Assembly (NCBI GenBank): GCA_958422985.1 | Contig: CATZPY010000001.1 | Span: forward strand, 64,780-128,779 | Direction: 5' to 3' | Length of the DNA: 64,000 nucleotides | Source of the DNA: an uncultured Clostridium sp. | Lineage (GTDB): Bacteria > Bacillota > Clostridia > TANB77 > CAG-508 | In this document: piece by piece, positions 15,741 to 25,395 of the stretch | Numbering within the stretch: position 1 is the stretch's first letter | How the letters are laid out: each line of letters starts with the position of its first letter | The notes under the pieces: model-generated | What the model was told of the DNA's origin: nothing | The model's input: only the letters and a program-made list of their open reading frames with translations | Databases searched by the model: none | Program-made: the position numbers and the translations under genes

Positions 15741-16928
15741 GTGAGTATAAAGAAAATGGAAAACTATGTAAAGGGATTTGTAAATATACATGTTGAAGGT
15801 TATTATATAGAACGATTTATGAATATGTGCAGAATGCAGAAAATATATTTATGGAATATAGAAAAGAAAAACGATATATATTTAAATGTTAATATAGGAA
15901 TAGAAGACTTTAAAAAAATAAAGAAAATAGCCAGAAAAACTAAATGTAAAATAGGAATAAACAAAAAGAAAGGAATTCCATTTTTTTTATATAAATATAA
16001 AAAAAGAAAGATCCTTTTAATAATGTTAATCATATTTATAATAATATTATTTACACTTTCAAAATTTATTTGGAATATAGAAATAAAAGGACTAGAAGAA
16101 AGTTCTAAAAAACAGGAACTATTACATACTTTAACAGAAAATGGATTAAGCATAGGAAAATATAAGAACAGCATAGACATAAAAGAAATAGTTAACAATA
16201 TAAGGCTTGAAAGAGAAGACATAGCTTGGGTGGGAATAGAAATAAAAGGAACGAATGTAATAGTAGAAGTTGTTTTAGCAGAAGAAAAACCAGAGATAAT
16301 TAATCAAAATGAATATTGCAATATAGTATCAGATAAAGAAGCAAAGGTATTAAAGATAAATGCGAATACAGGAACAGCAATGGTACATCCAGGAGATATT
16401 GTGAAAAACGGTACATTACTTATAGCAGGCTGGATGGAAGGAAAATATACAGGAACTCGTTTTACTAGGGCTACAGGAGATGTAGAAGCTTTAGTATGGT
16501 ATACAGAAAAAGCAGAAGTAAAACTTAAAGAAACAAAAACAGAAAAAACTGGAAATACAGAGAAAAAATATGCATTAAATATAAATAATTTTAGAATAAA
16601 TTTATATAAAAGGCTTTCAAATTTCGAAAAATATGATACAATATATGAGAATAAAAAATTAAAATTATTTTCAAATTTCTATATACCCGTAGAGTTAATA
16701 GAATGTAATAATTCTGAAATAAAAGAATATGAAGTTAACTATACAGAGGAAGAGGCAAAACAAGAAGCAAAAAGAAGAGCTGAAGAGAAGTTAAACCAGA
16801 CAATAAAAAATAAGGATAACATAAACAACGTAATAGTAAATTATACAATAAAAGATGACGCAGTGGAGGCAGAGGTAACATATGAAGTCTTTGAAAATAT
16901 AGGAACTAATGAAAAAATAGTATTTTGA
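15741..16928 (+). CDS. yqfD: Sporulation protein YqfD
   Basis: 395 aa. Contains VNIHVEGYYIERFMNMC, a single central TM, and conserved synteny after yqfC. Confidence 0.7.
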   Translation: MSIKKMENYVKGFVNIHVEGYYIERFMNMCRMQKIYLWNIEKKNDIYLNVNIGIEDFKKIKKIARKTKCKIGINKKKGIPFFLYKYKKRKILLIMLIIFIIILFTLSKFIWNIEIKGLEESSKKQELLHTLTENGLSIGKYKNSIDIKEIVNNIRLEREDIAWVGIEIKGTNVIVEVVLAEEKPEIINQNEYCNIVSDKEAKVLKINANTGTAMVHPGDIVKNGTLLIAGWMEGKYTGTRFTRATGDVEALVWYTEKAEVKLKETKTEKTGNTEKKYALNINNFRINLYKRLSNFEKYDTIYENKKLKLFSNFYIPVELIECNNSEIKEYEVNYTEEEAKQEAKRRAEEKLNQTIKNKDNINNVIVNYTIKDDAVEAEVTYEVFENIGTNEKIVF

Positions 16929-16941
16929 AAGGATGATAAAC

Positions 16942-18159
16942 ATGGAGCAAAGAAGTCTTAGAGTAATTAGCACAAACAAAAATTTTTTCTCAAAATTAAC
17001 AAATACTATAAGTAAACTATTAATACCAACTAAATTAGGAATTAATGGTATAATGATTTCTATAAAAAGAACTAGTTTAATAAAAGCGTTTGAAGCGTAT
17101 AAAAACGAAGAAAAAGATGAAACAAAAAAAGAAATGCTATCTAAAAAATATGAAGATGCATATACTTTATATTTAGAGGCAATAGATAAATATATAATGG
17201 ACTCAATTTACAAAAAAGTAAAAAATGGTACAGCTACAGAATTTGAGAAAGATGCACTTTCAAATTATTATGAAGTAATACACTTAAAACAAACAGAATA
17301 TTTAGAATATAAATATAAAAAGCAACAATATTTATTACAATTAGACTATCAAACACTAAAAGCAGAAGAAAATAAAATGATACCTAGATACGAAAAATTT
17401 TATAGCATAAAAATAGAACAACTATATAAAGGAATATTAAAACATTATTCTATACAACTTGCTGATAACTTAACATATCAAGATAAAAATATTATATACG
17501 ATAAAATTTTTAATCTATTAGAAGATTATATAACAGATGTATTACCTATAAAATTAAAATTAGACGAAAAAAATATGTATAAAAATATAATTGCACAATA
17601 TGAAAAATTCGATAGGTTTACAGTAGGAAAATTAGACATAAAAGATACAATAGAAAAAAGAATGATTTTACTAGGAATAAGTAGACAATTATTTACACAT
17701 AGTTTGCCATTAGTAGTAGCAGAGCAATGTTATGTAAAAATATTAAAAGACTTAAGAGAAATTATTGTAACTACAAAAATAGAAAACAAGAAAGAATCAG
17801 CCTATAAACTATTAATAGAATTAATAGAAGACTACAATATTAGGCTTCTTTCTACAAAAATATATTGGGACAGGCCAGCAGATAGAGAAGAATATAAAAC
17901 TTTTTGGAATGAATATAAAAAATTACAAAAAGGAAAAGAAGAAAATTTAGAAGAATATGAAAAGCAAAAAGAGATATTGTTTATAAAAGCAGACTTAAGA
18001 AAATTACAAAAAGCCAAAAGAGACTATTCAAAAATAGAAAAATTCTATAAGAAAAAATTAGTACAATTAGGAGCAATGAAGCAAATAAAAAATACATATA
18101 AAACTTCAGAAAAAATATATTCAAGAATCAAAAGACAAGAAAAAAAAGAGATAGGTTAA
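16942..18159 (+). CDS. Hypothetical Lys/Glu-rich protein
   Basis: About 405 aa. The start at 16933 or 16942 is ambiguous. No recognisable motif. Confidence 0.5.
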   Translation: MEQRSLRVISTNKNFFSKLTNTISKLLIPTKLGINGIMISIKRTSLIKAFEAYKNEEKDETKKEMLSKKYEDAYTLYLEAIDKYIMDSIYKKVKNGTATEFEKDALSNYYEVIHLKQTEYLEYKYKKQQYLLQLDYQTLKAEENKMIPRYEKFYSIKIEQLYKGILKHYSIQLADNLTYQDKNIIYDKIFNLLEDYITDVLPIKLKLDEKNMYKNIIAQYEKFDRFTVGKLDIKDTIEKRMILLGISRQLFTHSLPLVVAEQCYVKILKDLREIIVTTKIENKKESAYKLLIELIEDYNIRLLSTKIYWDRPADREEYKTFWNEYKKLQKGKEENLEEYEKQKEILFIKADLRKLQKAKRDYSKIEKFYKKKLVQLGAMKQIKNTYKTSEKIYSRIKRQEKKEIG

Positions 18160-18179
18160 AAGCAGAAAGGATATAAAAA

Positions 18180-18656
18180 ATGAAGTATGCAGATATAGAA
18201 TATTTAAATGTAGAACCAAACAATATGTATTCAAATTTAACAGAGAAAGTAATAAATAAGTGTTTTGAAACAGAACAACTTCTAGATAAAAACATAAACA
18301 TAAGTATTATTTATACAACTCCAGTAGATATACAGGAATATAATAAAGAATATAGGAATATAGATAGAGCAACAGACGTTTTATCTTTTCCTATGTTTGA
18401 AAAGGATGAAGTAGAAAAGTTTAAAAAAGAGAAAAGTGTTGTTCCAGAAGTATTAGGAGATATCATAATTAATTTAAGTCAAGTAAAAATGCAGGCAGAT
18501 GAATATGGACATAGTTTCGAAAGAGAATTAGCATATATGTTAGTTCATGGTTTTTATCATCTAATGGGGTATGACCATATGGAAGAAGAAGAAAAAAAAT
18601 TAATGCGTTTAAAAGAAGAAAATGTACTAGAAGATTTAAAAATTAGTAGGGAGTAG
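18180..18656 (+). CDS. ybeY: rRNA maturation endoribonuclease YbeY
   Basis: HGFYHLMGYDH metal-binding motif, 158 aa. Confidence 0.9.
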   Translation: MKYADIEYLNVEPNNMYSNLTEKVINKCFETEQLLDKNINISIIYTTPVDIQEYNKEYRNIDRATDVLSFPMFEKDEVEKFKKEKSVVPEVLGDIIINLSQVKMQADEYGHSFERELAYMLVHGFYHLMGYDHMEEEEKKLMRLKEENVLEDLKISRE

Positions 18657-18658
18657 AA

Positions 18659-19048
18659 ATGGACAAAAAGAAAGATAGCAGATTATATAATAAAAGCTTT
18701 ATCGAGGCATGGAAAAATGCTTTTTGCGGGATTGCACATGGTTTTAAAACTCAAAGAAATTTAAGAATACAATTAGTAATAGGAATTATAGTAGTAGTGC
18801 TAGGAATAGCTTTAAAAATAAGTACTATAGAATGGGCAATATTAATGCTTTCTGTATTTTTACTTTTAGGAACAGAAATGATGAATACAGCAGTAGAAGC
18901 AACTGTAGACTTATGTACAGAAGAATATCACCCAAAGGCAAAAATAGCAAAAGATGTAGCAGCAGGTGCAGTTGTGTTAACAGCTATAAATGCTTTAATT
19001 GTTTTTGGTTTCTTATTTACAGATAAAATTATACAATTATTTAAATAA
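18659..19048 (+). CDS. dgkA: Diacylglycerol/undecaprenol kinase DgkA
   Basis: 129 aa with three TM helices. Contains EMMNTAVEATVD...AKDVAAGAV. Confidence 0.85.
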   Translation: MDKKKDSRLYNKSFIEAWKNAFCGIAHGFKTQRNLRIQLVIGIIVVVLGIALKISTIEWAILMLSVFLLLGTEMMNTAVEATVDLCTEEYHPKAKIAKDVAAGAVVLTAINALIVFGFLFTDKIIQLFK

Positions 19049-19060
19049 GAGAGGTATATA

Positions 19061-20134
19061 ATGGGGAGTAAAGGTAAGAGAACTAAAAAGAATAATAAAA
19101 GTCATAAAATGTTAATAATTAGTGCAATAATTATTTTATTAGTAGCTTTAATAGCTGGAATTTATTATTATACAAGCAAAATTGATAATAATAAAAATGA
19201 AAATATACTTGTAGATTTAGGAGTAGATGAGGGACTAAAACCAGAAGAAGAAAAATCAGAAAGTATATTCGAAGGAAATAGTAGACCAGTAGCAGTTATG
19301 ATAGATAACCATAAGGGTGCATGGCCACAAGTAGGCTTAAATAATGCATATAGTGTTTACGAAATAATTGTAGAAGGTGGAGAAACTAGACTAATGGCTC
19401 TATTTAAAGGAAAAGATGTCAAAAAAATAGGACCAGTTCGTAGTGCGAGACATTACTTTTTAGATTATGCATTAGAAAATGATGCAATTTACACTCATTA
19501 TGGTTGGAGTCCAAAAGCACAGTCAGATATTTCATCTTTAAAAGTAAATAACATTAATGGAATAAGTGAAAGCACGGAGAGATTTTGGAGAATAAAACAA
19601 AAATCTTCACCACATAATGTAATAACTAGTATAAAAGATATATTAGAAATTGCAAAACAAAAAAAATATAGTACAACATCTAATAAAAAAAGTGTATTAA
19701 ATTATTCAGATGAAGAAGTTAATTTAGACCAAGGTGTAATTGCAAATACGGTTACTATTCCGTATTCAGACTTACATACAACCAGTTATAAATATAATTT
19801 AGAAACAAAGAGATACACAAGATATGCAAGAGGAATAAAACAAACAGATATGGAAACAGGTGAACCTATAACTACAAAAAATATAATAATAACATTTGCT
19901 AAAAATACTCCATTAAAAGACAAAGAAAATAAAGATAGACAAGACTTAGACAACATTGGAACAAATGATGGGTATTATATAACAAATGGAAAGGCTATAA
20001 AAATAAAATGTATAAAAAACAGTAGAACATCACAAACAATTTATAAAGACTTAAACGGAAATGAAATAGAAGTAAATGACGGGAATACATTCTTTAATAT
20101 ATGCCCAATAAATAGCAATGTTACGTTTGAGTAA
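19061..20134 (+). CDS. DUF3048-type (YerB-like) membrane-anchored protein
   Basis: N-terminal anchor, then VMIDNHKGAWPQVGLNNAYSVYEIIVEGGETRLMALF. Confidence 0.65.
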   Translation: MGSKGKRTKKNNKSHKMLIISAIIILLVALIAGIYYYTSKIDNNKNENILVDLGVDEGLKPEEEKSESIFEGNSRPVAVMIDNHKGAWPQVGLNNAYSVYEIIVEGGETRLMALFKGKDVKKIGPVRSARHYFLDYALENDAIYTHYGWSPKAQSDISSLKVNNINGISESTERFWRIKQKSSPHNVITSIKDILEIAKQKKYSTTSNKKSVLNYSDEEVNLDQGVIANTVTIPYSDLHTTSYKYNLETKRYTRYARGIKQTDMETGEPITTKNIIITFAKNTPLKDKENKDRQDLDNIGTNDGYYITNGKAIKIKCIKNSRTSQTIYKDLNGNEIEVNDGNTFFNICPINSNVTFE

Positions 20135-20143
20135 AATATAAAG

Positions 20144-20197
20144 ACTAGTTATAAGTAGTGAACCAAATTTAGTTCATTTATATAACTAGTTTTTTTA
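20144..20197 (+). terminator. Rho-independent terminator
   Basis: ACTAGTTATA pairs with TATAACTAGT, followed by TTTTTTT. Confidence 0.6.
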
Positions 20198-20218
20198 TAT
20201 AGTAGCAAATTATTATTA

Positions 20219-20274
20219 AGTATCTTAAATTTTCTTAGAACTTGCATTTGTTAGAAAATCTTAGGTGTTTTTTA
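20219..20274 (+). repeat. Family-B repeat, copy B2
   Basis: TATCTTAAATTTTCTTAGAACTTGCATTTGTTAGAAAATCTTAGGTGTTTTTT. Confidence 0.75.
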
Positions 20275-20357
20275 ATAAAAAATAAAAAATAAGTACTAAG
20301 TTTCTACAAAAAAATAAATTAATATATGATAATATAATAAATGAAAGGAAGAAATAT

Positions 20358-21260
20358 ATGGCAGAATTTAAATCAGGTTTTGTTGCAATAATAGGAAGAA
20401 CGAATGTTGGCAAATCAACACTTATTAATAAATTAGTAGGAGAAAAAGTTGCAATAACAGTAAATAAATCACAAACAACTAGAACAGCAATAAGAGCAAT
20501 AGTAAATAGGGAAAATTCACAAATAATTTTTATAGATACACCAGGAGTGCATAAACCTAAAACAAAATTAGGAGAAACAATGCTAGAAACAGCATACGAA
20601 ATAGCAGAAGATGTAGATATTATTTTATTTATTGCAGATTGTTCTAAAAAAGAGATAACAAAAGGAGATAGAATAATATTAGAAAAAATAAAACAAATAA
20701 ATAGAAAAACAATATTAGTATTAAATAAAATAGATTTAATAAAAAAAGAAGAAATTTTAGAAGTAATAGATATGTACAGAAAAGAATATAATTTTGAGGA
20801 AATTATACCAATATGTGCACTTAATAATAAAGGTGTAGATATAATATTAAATACAATAGAGAAAAATTTAAAAGTAGGTCCTGCATATTATGATATAGAA
20901 GAATATACAGATCAAACATCAAGACAATTGGTAGAAGAAGTTATTAGAGAAAAAGCCTTGCAATATTTAAGCGAAGAAGTACCACATGGAATATATGTTG
21001 AAGTAGAAAAAATGAAATTAAGAGAAACAACAAAGGGAGAAGAAATATACGACACATCTGCAATAATTTATTGTTTAAGAAATTCACACAAAGGTATAAT
21101 AATTGGAAAAAAAGGAGCAATGCTAAAAAAAATAGTAACAAGTGCAAGAATCGAATTAGAAAAAATGTTAGGAACAAAATTAAACTTAGAAGTTTGGGTT
21201 AAAGTAAAAGAAGATTGGCAAGACAAAGATAGTATAGTTAAAAAATTTAAATTCAACTAA
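20358..21260 (+). CDS. era: GTPase Era
   Basis: GRTNVGKSTLIN, DTPG and NKID motifs, plus a C-terminal KH domain. Confidence 0.95.
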   Translation: MAEFKSGFVAIIGRTNVGKSTLINKLVGEKVAITVNKSQTTRTAIRAIVNRENSQIIFIDTPGVHKPKTKLGETMLETAYEIAEDVDIILFIADCSKKEITKGDRIILEKIKQINRKTILVLNKIDLIKKEEILEVIDMYRKEYNFEEIIPICALNNKGVDIILNTIEKNLKVGPAYYDIEEYTDQTSRQLVEEVIREKALQYLSEEVPHGIYVEVEKMKLRETTKGEEIYDTSAIIYCLRNSHKGIIIGKKGAMLKKIVTSARIELEKMLGTKLNLEVWVKVKEDWQDKDSIVKKFKFN

Positions 21261-21310
21261 TTGAATAAAAAAACATAAAATACAAAAGATAATAAAAAGG
21301 AGATGATTTC

Positions 21311-21457
21311 ATGTTTAAACAAATAGCTTGGAACACCTTTAAAAAAACCGGAAATATAAATACATTTATGGAATTTAAACAATTAAAAGATTTAGAAAAG
21401 AAATTAGAGGAAGAAAAAAATGGGAACAATAAAGACAAAAGGGGTTATACTAGTTGA
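21311..21457 (+). CDS. YqzL-like small protein
   Basis: 48 aa (MFKQIAWNTFKKTGNINTFMEFKQLKDLE...). It occupies the era-recO gap, as yqzL does in Bacillus, and overlaps the recO start. Too short for the ORF track. Confidence 0.5.
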   Translation: MFKQIAWNTFKKTGNINTFMEFKQLKDLEKKLEEEKNGNNKDKRGYTS

Positions 21458-22148
21458 ACGTAATATGGGTGACTTTGACAAAATGCTAACAATGCTAACA
21501 CCAGGTTTGGGTAAGATTTCTTGTGCTGCCAGAGGAGCGAAAAAATTTAGAAGTTCGCTCCTTGTTGGGAGCCAATTTTTATGTTTTGGAGAATACATTT
21601 TATATAAAACAAATTCAACATATTATATAAATTCGTGTGAGCCTATAGAAGTGTTTTATAATATAAGGAAGGATTTAAGAAAATTAGAATATGCATCATT
21701 TATATCTAAAATAATAATAGATGTTACAAATGAAAATGAAAACTCATATAGAATTTTACAATTATACTTAAATACATTGTATATGATATCTGAAACAGAC
21801 AAAGACTTAGATTTTATATTAGCAATTTTTAAAATAAAATTAATAAGTATATTAGGCTTTACTCCAAATGTTAGATGGTGTAACAATTGCAACGCTAAAG
21901 AAAAACTAGAATTTTTTAGCTTAAAAGAAAATGGATTTAAGTGTAATATTTGTGGAAAACAAGATACAAGTGCAATACATATTCAAAGTTCAACAGAAAA
22001 GGCAATTAAGTATATTGTAATGTCACCTCCCAAAAAAGTATTTTCTTTTAATATTGGGGAAGATGCAATAAAAGAATTAGAATTAATAGCAAAATTATAC
22101 TTAAATGATAAATTAGAAAAAGATTATAAAATGGATAAAATGTTTTAA
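21420..22148 (+). CDS. recO: DNA repair protein RecO
   Basis: 242 aa. N-terminal OB-fold pattern (KGVILVERNMGDFDKMLTMLTP) and a zinc-finger CNNC...CNIC. Confidence 0.85.
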   Translation: MGTIKTKGVILVERNMGDFDKMLTMLTPGLGKISCAARGAKKFRSSLLVGSQFLCFGEYILYKTNSTYYINSCEPIEVFYNIRKDLRKLEYASFISKIIIDVTNENENSYRILQLYLNTLYMISETDKDLDFILAIFKIKLISILGFTPNVRWCNNCNAKEKLEFFSLKENGFKCNICGKQDTSAIHIQSSTEKAIKYIVMSPPKKVFSFNIGEDAIKELELIAKLYLNDKLEKDYKMDKMF

Positions 22149-22249
22149 TAATGTATAAAAAAATAAAATTAACTTGAAAAAAAACATTTAAGCATATATA
22201 ATAAATTTACAACAAAAGAAAGCAAAATAATTTGAGAGGAGAGATTTTT

Positions 22250-22771
22250 ATGAATATAAAAGTTGTAGGAAAGGATTTAGAAGTAACAGATGCTATAAGA
22301 GATTATGCAGAAAAGAAGATGGATAAACTAACAAAATACTTAGAAGATTTTGACGGAACAGTTACAATAAAAGTAGAAGGAAATGAACAAGTAGCAGAAA
22401 CAAGAGTTTCTTACCAAGGAATTACATATAAAGCAGTAACAGCACATAAAGATTTGTATGCTTCTATAGATAAAAATATAGATATATTAGAAGGACAAAT
22501 AAGAAAAGAAAAAACAAGAAGAGAAAAAATGAACAAAGAAGAAACAATAAGAATGGCTCAAGAAGCAGAACAAACAGAACCAGAAAATGAAATAATAAAA
22601 GAATTATATTACGATATAAAACCAATGACACCTGAAGATGCTAAATTAAAATTAGAAGAGAAAAAAGGAAATACATTTTTAGCATTTGTAAACTTAGAAA
22701 ATGGAAAAGTAAATGTAATTTACAAATTAAAAGATAATAAAAATTATGGTTTAGTACAACCAGAAGCATAG
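22250..22771 (+). CDS. hpf: Ribosome hibernation promoting factor (long form)
   Basis: MNIKVVGKDLEVTDAIRDYAEKK and a C-terminal dimerisation domain. SD GAGAGGAGAG lies upstream of ATG 22250. Confidence 0.85.
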   Translation: MNIKVVGKDLEVTDAIRDYAEKKMDKLTKYLEDFDGTVTIKVEGNEQVAETRVSYQGITYKAVTAHKDLYASIDKNIDILEGQIRKEKTRREKMNKEETIRMAQEAEQTEPENEIIKELYYDIKPMTPEDAKLKLEEKKGNTFLAFVNLENGKVNVIYKLKDNKNYGLVQPEA

Positions 22772-22777
22772 TTAAAG

Positions 22778-22808
22778 CCGGGATTAAGGGATAACCCTTA
22801 AATCCCGG
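22778..22808. repeat. Family-A repeat, copy A3
   Basis: CCGGGATTAAGGGATAACCCTTAAATCCCGG followed by TTTTTC. Confidence 0.8.
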
Positions 22809-22833
22809 TTTTTCTGTAATAAATAATTAGTAT

Positions 22834-22881
22834 GTGCCTAAGATATTCTAAAATGTAAATTAATTGGAAAATCTTAGGTGC
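22834..22881 (-). repeat. Family-B repeat, copy B3 (the loop motif reads on the minus strand)
   Basis: GTGCCTAAGATATTCTAAAATGTAAATTAATTGGAAAATCTTAGGTGC. The loop contains the reverse complement of the ATTTACAT seen in the other copies. Confidence 0.65.
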
Positions 22882-22893
22882 AATTTTATAACA

Positions 22894-22953
22894 TAAAAAG
22901 ATAACGAATTCTAGATTTTCTATAGAATATATAAAAATTCTTGAATTCGTTAT
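22894..22953 (-). terminator. Terminator of the SASP gene
   Basis: ATAACGAATTC pairs with GAATTCGTTAT, with a T-run on the minus strand. Confidence 0.55.
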
Positions 22954-22972
22954 AAAAATTTAAAAGTGGTAA

Positions 22973-23179
22973 CTATTTATTTAACATTTCGTTTTCATAT
23001 TTTTGAACCATTTTCTTAACCATGTTTCCACCTATTCTACCAGCATCTCTTGAAGAAATGTCACCATTATAACCTTCTTTTAAGTTAACACCAACTTCAC
23101 TAGCTACTTCGTATTTAAATTTATCTAAAGCGTTCATTGCTTCAGGAACTAATTTTCTATTTGAATTTGAATTTGCCAT
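22973..23179 (-). CDS. Alpha/beta-type small acid-soluble spore protein
   Basis: MANSNSNRKLVPEAMNALDKFKYEVASEVGV...RIGGNMVKKMV. SD AGGAGGTG lies upstream of the ATG at 23179. Confidence 0.9.
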   Translation of the reverse strand: MANSNSNRKLVPEAMNALDKFKYEVASEVGVNLKEGYNGDISSRDAGRIGGNMVKKMVQKYENEMLNK

Positions 23180-23365
23180 TATAAATTTCACCTCCTAGGA
23201 TTGTAAAGAATTACTTTGAAAAGTACTTTGCCTTTTCAATATATATGATGTGTAATTAATAAAAAAATATTCTGGAAAAAAATTGAAAAAAGAAAAATAT
23301 ATATATTGTAAAAAAACGGATAATAATATATAGTAATGTAATGAAAAAGAGAAAGGAATAGAAAA

Positions 23366-24241
23366 ATGTATAAATTAATAACTGTTGATTTAGATGGAAC
23401 ACTATTAAATAAGTATGGGGAAGTTAGCGAATATTCAAAAAATATAATAAAAAAATTAACAGATCAAGGAACTTTAGTAGTGTTAGCTTCTGGAAGAATT
23501 TCAGAATCAGTTCTTACAATAGCAAAAGAAATAGGAGCAAATAAATATTATATTTCTGGAAATGGTTCTGTTTTATATGATATGCAGAAAGAAGAAATAA
23601 TATATGAAAAATATTTAAGCAAAGAAAAAGTTTTAGAATTAATAGAATTATGTGAAAAAAATAGTATTTACTATAATATATATACAGAAAGTTCAGTTAT
23701 AGCTAAATCACTAAATTATAATGTAGCTTTTTATAATTATGAAAATACAAAAAAAAGTAGTGACAAAAAAACGGAAATAAATATAGTAGATGATGTATAC
23801 AACTATATAAAAACATTAAATACGAATAAATTTTTAAAAATGACTATATGTGATGAAAATAAGATAGTATTTTCTAGCATACTACGAAAAGTAAAAGATA
23901 TACCAGATATAGATGTTTTGGAAGTTTCACATATGTCAAAGAAAAAGATAAAAATGGGTACAAAAGAAATATCAGTTGGATATTATTATACAGAAATTAG
24001 TAGTAAAAATGTAGATAAATGGTACGCAATAGAAGAAATAATGAAAAAAGAAAAGATAGCAAAAGAAGAAGTTATTTCTTTTGGAGATAACAATAATGAC
24101 ATACTTATGATAAAAAATGCAGGACTTGGAATTGCAATGGGACATAGCAATGAACAAGTAAAGAAAGTGGCTAAGTTTGTTACCAAAACAAATGATGAAG
24201 ATGGAGTGGCAAAAGCACTAGAAAATATAATGTTACTATAA
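23366..24241 (+). CDS. Cof-type HAD-IIB phosphatase
   Basis: ITVDLDGTLL...SGR...FGDNNNDILM. Confidence 0.8.
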   Translation: MYKLITVDLDGTLLNKYGEVSEYSKNIIKKLTDQGTLVVLASGRISESVLTIAKEIGANKYYISGNGSVLYDMQKEEIIYEKYLSKEKVLELIELCEKNSIYYNIYTESSVIAKSLNYNVAFYNYENTKKSSDKKTEINIVDDVYNYIKTLNTNKFLKMTICDENKIVFSSILRKVKDIPDIDVLEVSHMSKKKIKMGTKEISVGYYYTEISSKNVDKWYAIEEIMKKEKIAKEEVISFGDNNNDILMIKNAGLGIAMGHSNEQVKKVAKFVTKTNDEDGVAKALENIMLL

Positions 24242-24360
24242 TATTACAACAATATTATATTTAGATTACGAAACAGTTCTATATATTGTTTTAAAAGGTA
24301 GAGTGGTGTAAAATAAAATCAGATTATATTGAATTTTAAATATTTAAGGAGGAATAATAA

Positions 24361-25377
24361 ATGGCTTCAAATCCAATGCAAAGACAAAAAAGAGTATCAT
24401 TTTTATTAGGAATGTTAGTAATGCTAATTATAGCAGCAATAATAATAGCATTACTATTTATGCAATTAATTAATTTAAAGAAAGCACAAGATGCAGCAAA
24501 AGCAGCTGAAAGGACAGTATATGTTGTTTCAACAGATGTTGCCTCTGGTTCAGGAATTCAAATTTCAGCAATAGATGGTGACACAGAAAGAACAGCAAAT
24601 GTTTCACAAGAAGTTGCAGATAGCAAAGTAGTACCAGAAAATTTTGCAACAGCTTCAGATTTTTATACAGATGAATCATTAAGCCAAGCCAGAAGCGATT
24701 TAGTAGCAAAAATAGACTTAAAAGAAGGTACAATTTTAACAAAAGATATGTTAACAACAAGCTCAGAACAAGTTACAAATGACTTAAGAAAACAAGAATA
24801 CAACATGTTATCATTACCAACAGATTTAGTTAGTGGAGACTTTGTAGATGTTCGTATACGTTTTGGAAATGGACAAGATTACATAATTGCAGCTAAAAAG
24901 CAAGTAACAATTCCAATGATAGCTGGAGCACCAGCAGAAGGTGTAATAAATATAAATTTATCTGAAGATGAAACAATTGCAATGTCTAGTGCAATAATAG
25001 AAACATATCAATTAAAAACTGCAGAAATGTATGTAAGTAGATATACAGATCCGGGAATGCAAGTGGCAGCAATACCAACATATCCAGTAAATGCGGAAGC
25101 ACTTAACTTAATGGATTCAAATCCAAACTTATTAGAAGAAGCTAAACAAGCTATAGCAAGTAGATATAACAGAAACTTAAGAGAACAATTTATTAATCCA
25201 CAAATTAATAGTGTTGATGGAGAAGATAGACAATCTAACCTAGAAACTTCTGTAGAAGAACATATTACACAACAAAAAGAATTAAGACAACAATATTTAC
25301 AATCACTTGAAGACGCTGCAGCAGCAGAAGCAGATGCATCTGCTTCTGGAACAAACACAACAACTTCAGCTAATTAA
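24361..25377 (+). CDS. CpaB/RcpC-like pilus assembly protein (N-terminal TM, SAF-like domain, beta-clip-like domain)
   Basis: 338 aa. TM segment FLLGMLVMLIIAAIIIALLF, then KIDLKEGTILTKDMLT and SLPTDLVSGDFVDVRIRF patterns typical of CpaB. First gene of the cluster. Confidence 0.5.
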   Translation: MASNPMQRQKRVSFLLGMLVMLIIAAIIIALLFMQLINLKKAQDAAKAAERTVYVVSTDVASGSGIQISAIDGDTERTANVSQEVADSKVVPENFATASDFYTDESLSQARSDLVAKIDLKEGTILTKDMLTTSSEQVTNDLRKQEYNMLSLPTDLVSGDFVDVRIRFGNGQDYIIAAKKQVTIPMIAGAPAEGVININLSEDETIAMSSAIIETYQLKTAEMYVSRYTDPGMQVAAIPTYPVNAEALNLMDSNPNLLEEAKQAIASRYNRNLREQFINPQINSVDGEDRQSNLETSVEEHITQQKELRQQYLQSLEDAAAAEADASASGTNTTTSAN

Positions 25378-25395
25378 TTATATGTAGGAGGAAAT

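Noticed and set aside
18832-19026. A 64-aa alternative-frame ORF on the + strand within dgkA
   Set aside because: It lies entirely inside a well-supported DgkA reading frame. Its product is Cys/Arg-rich nonsense.
24470-25358. Minus-strand ORFs of 96 and 116 aa inside the CpaB-like gene
   Set aside because: They are Leu/Ser/Cys-rich antisense frames without an SD, whereas the + strand ORF has a strong SD and coherent domain organisation.
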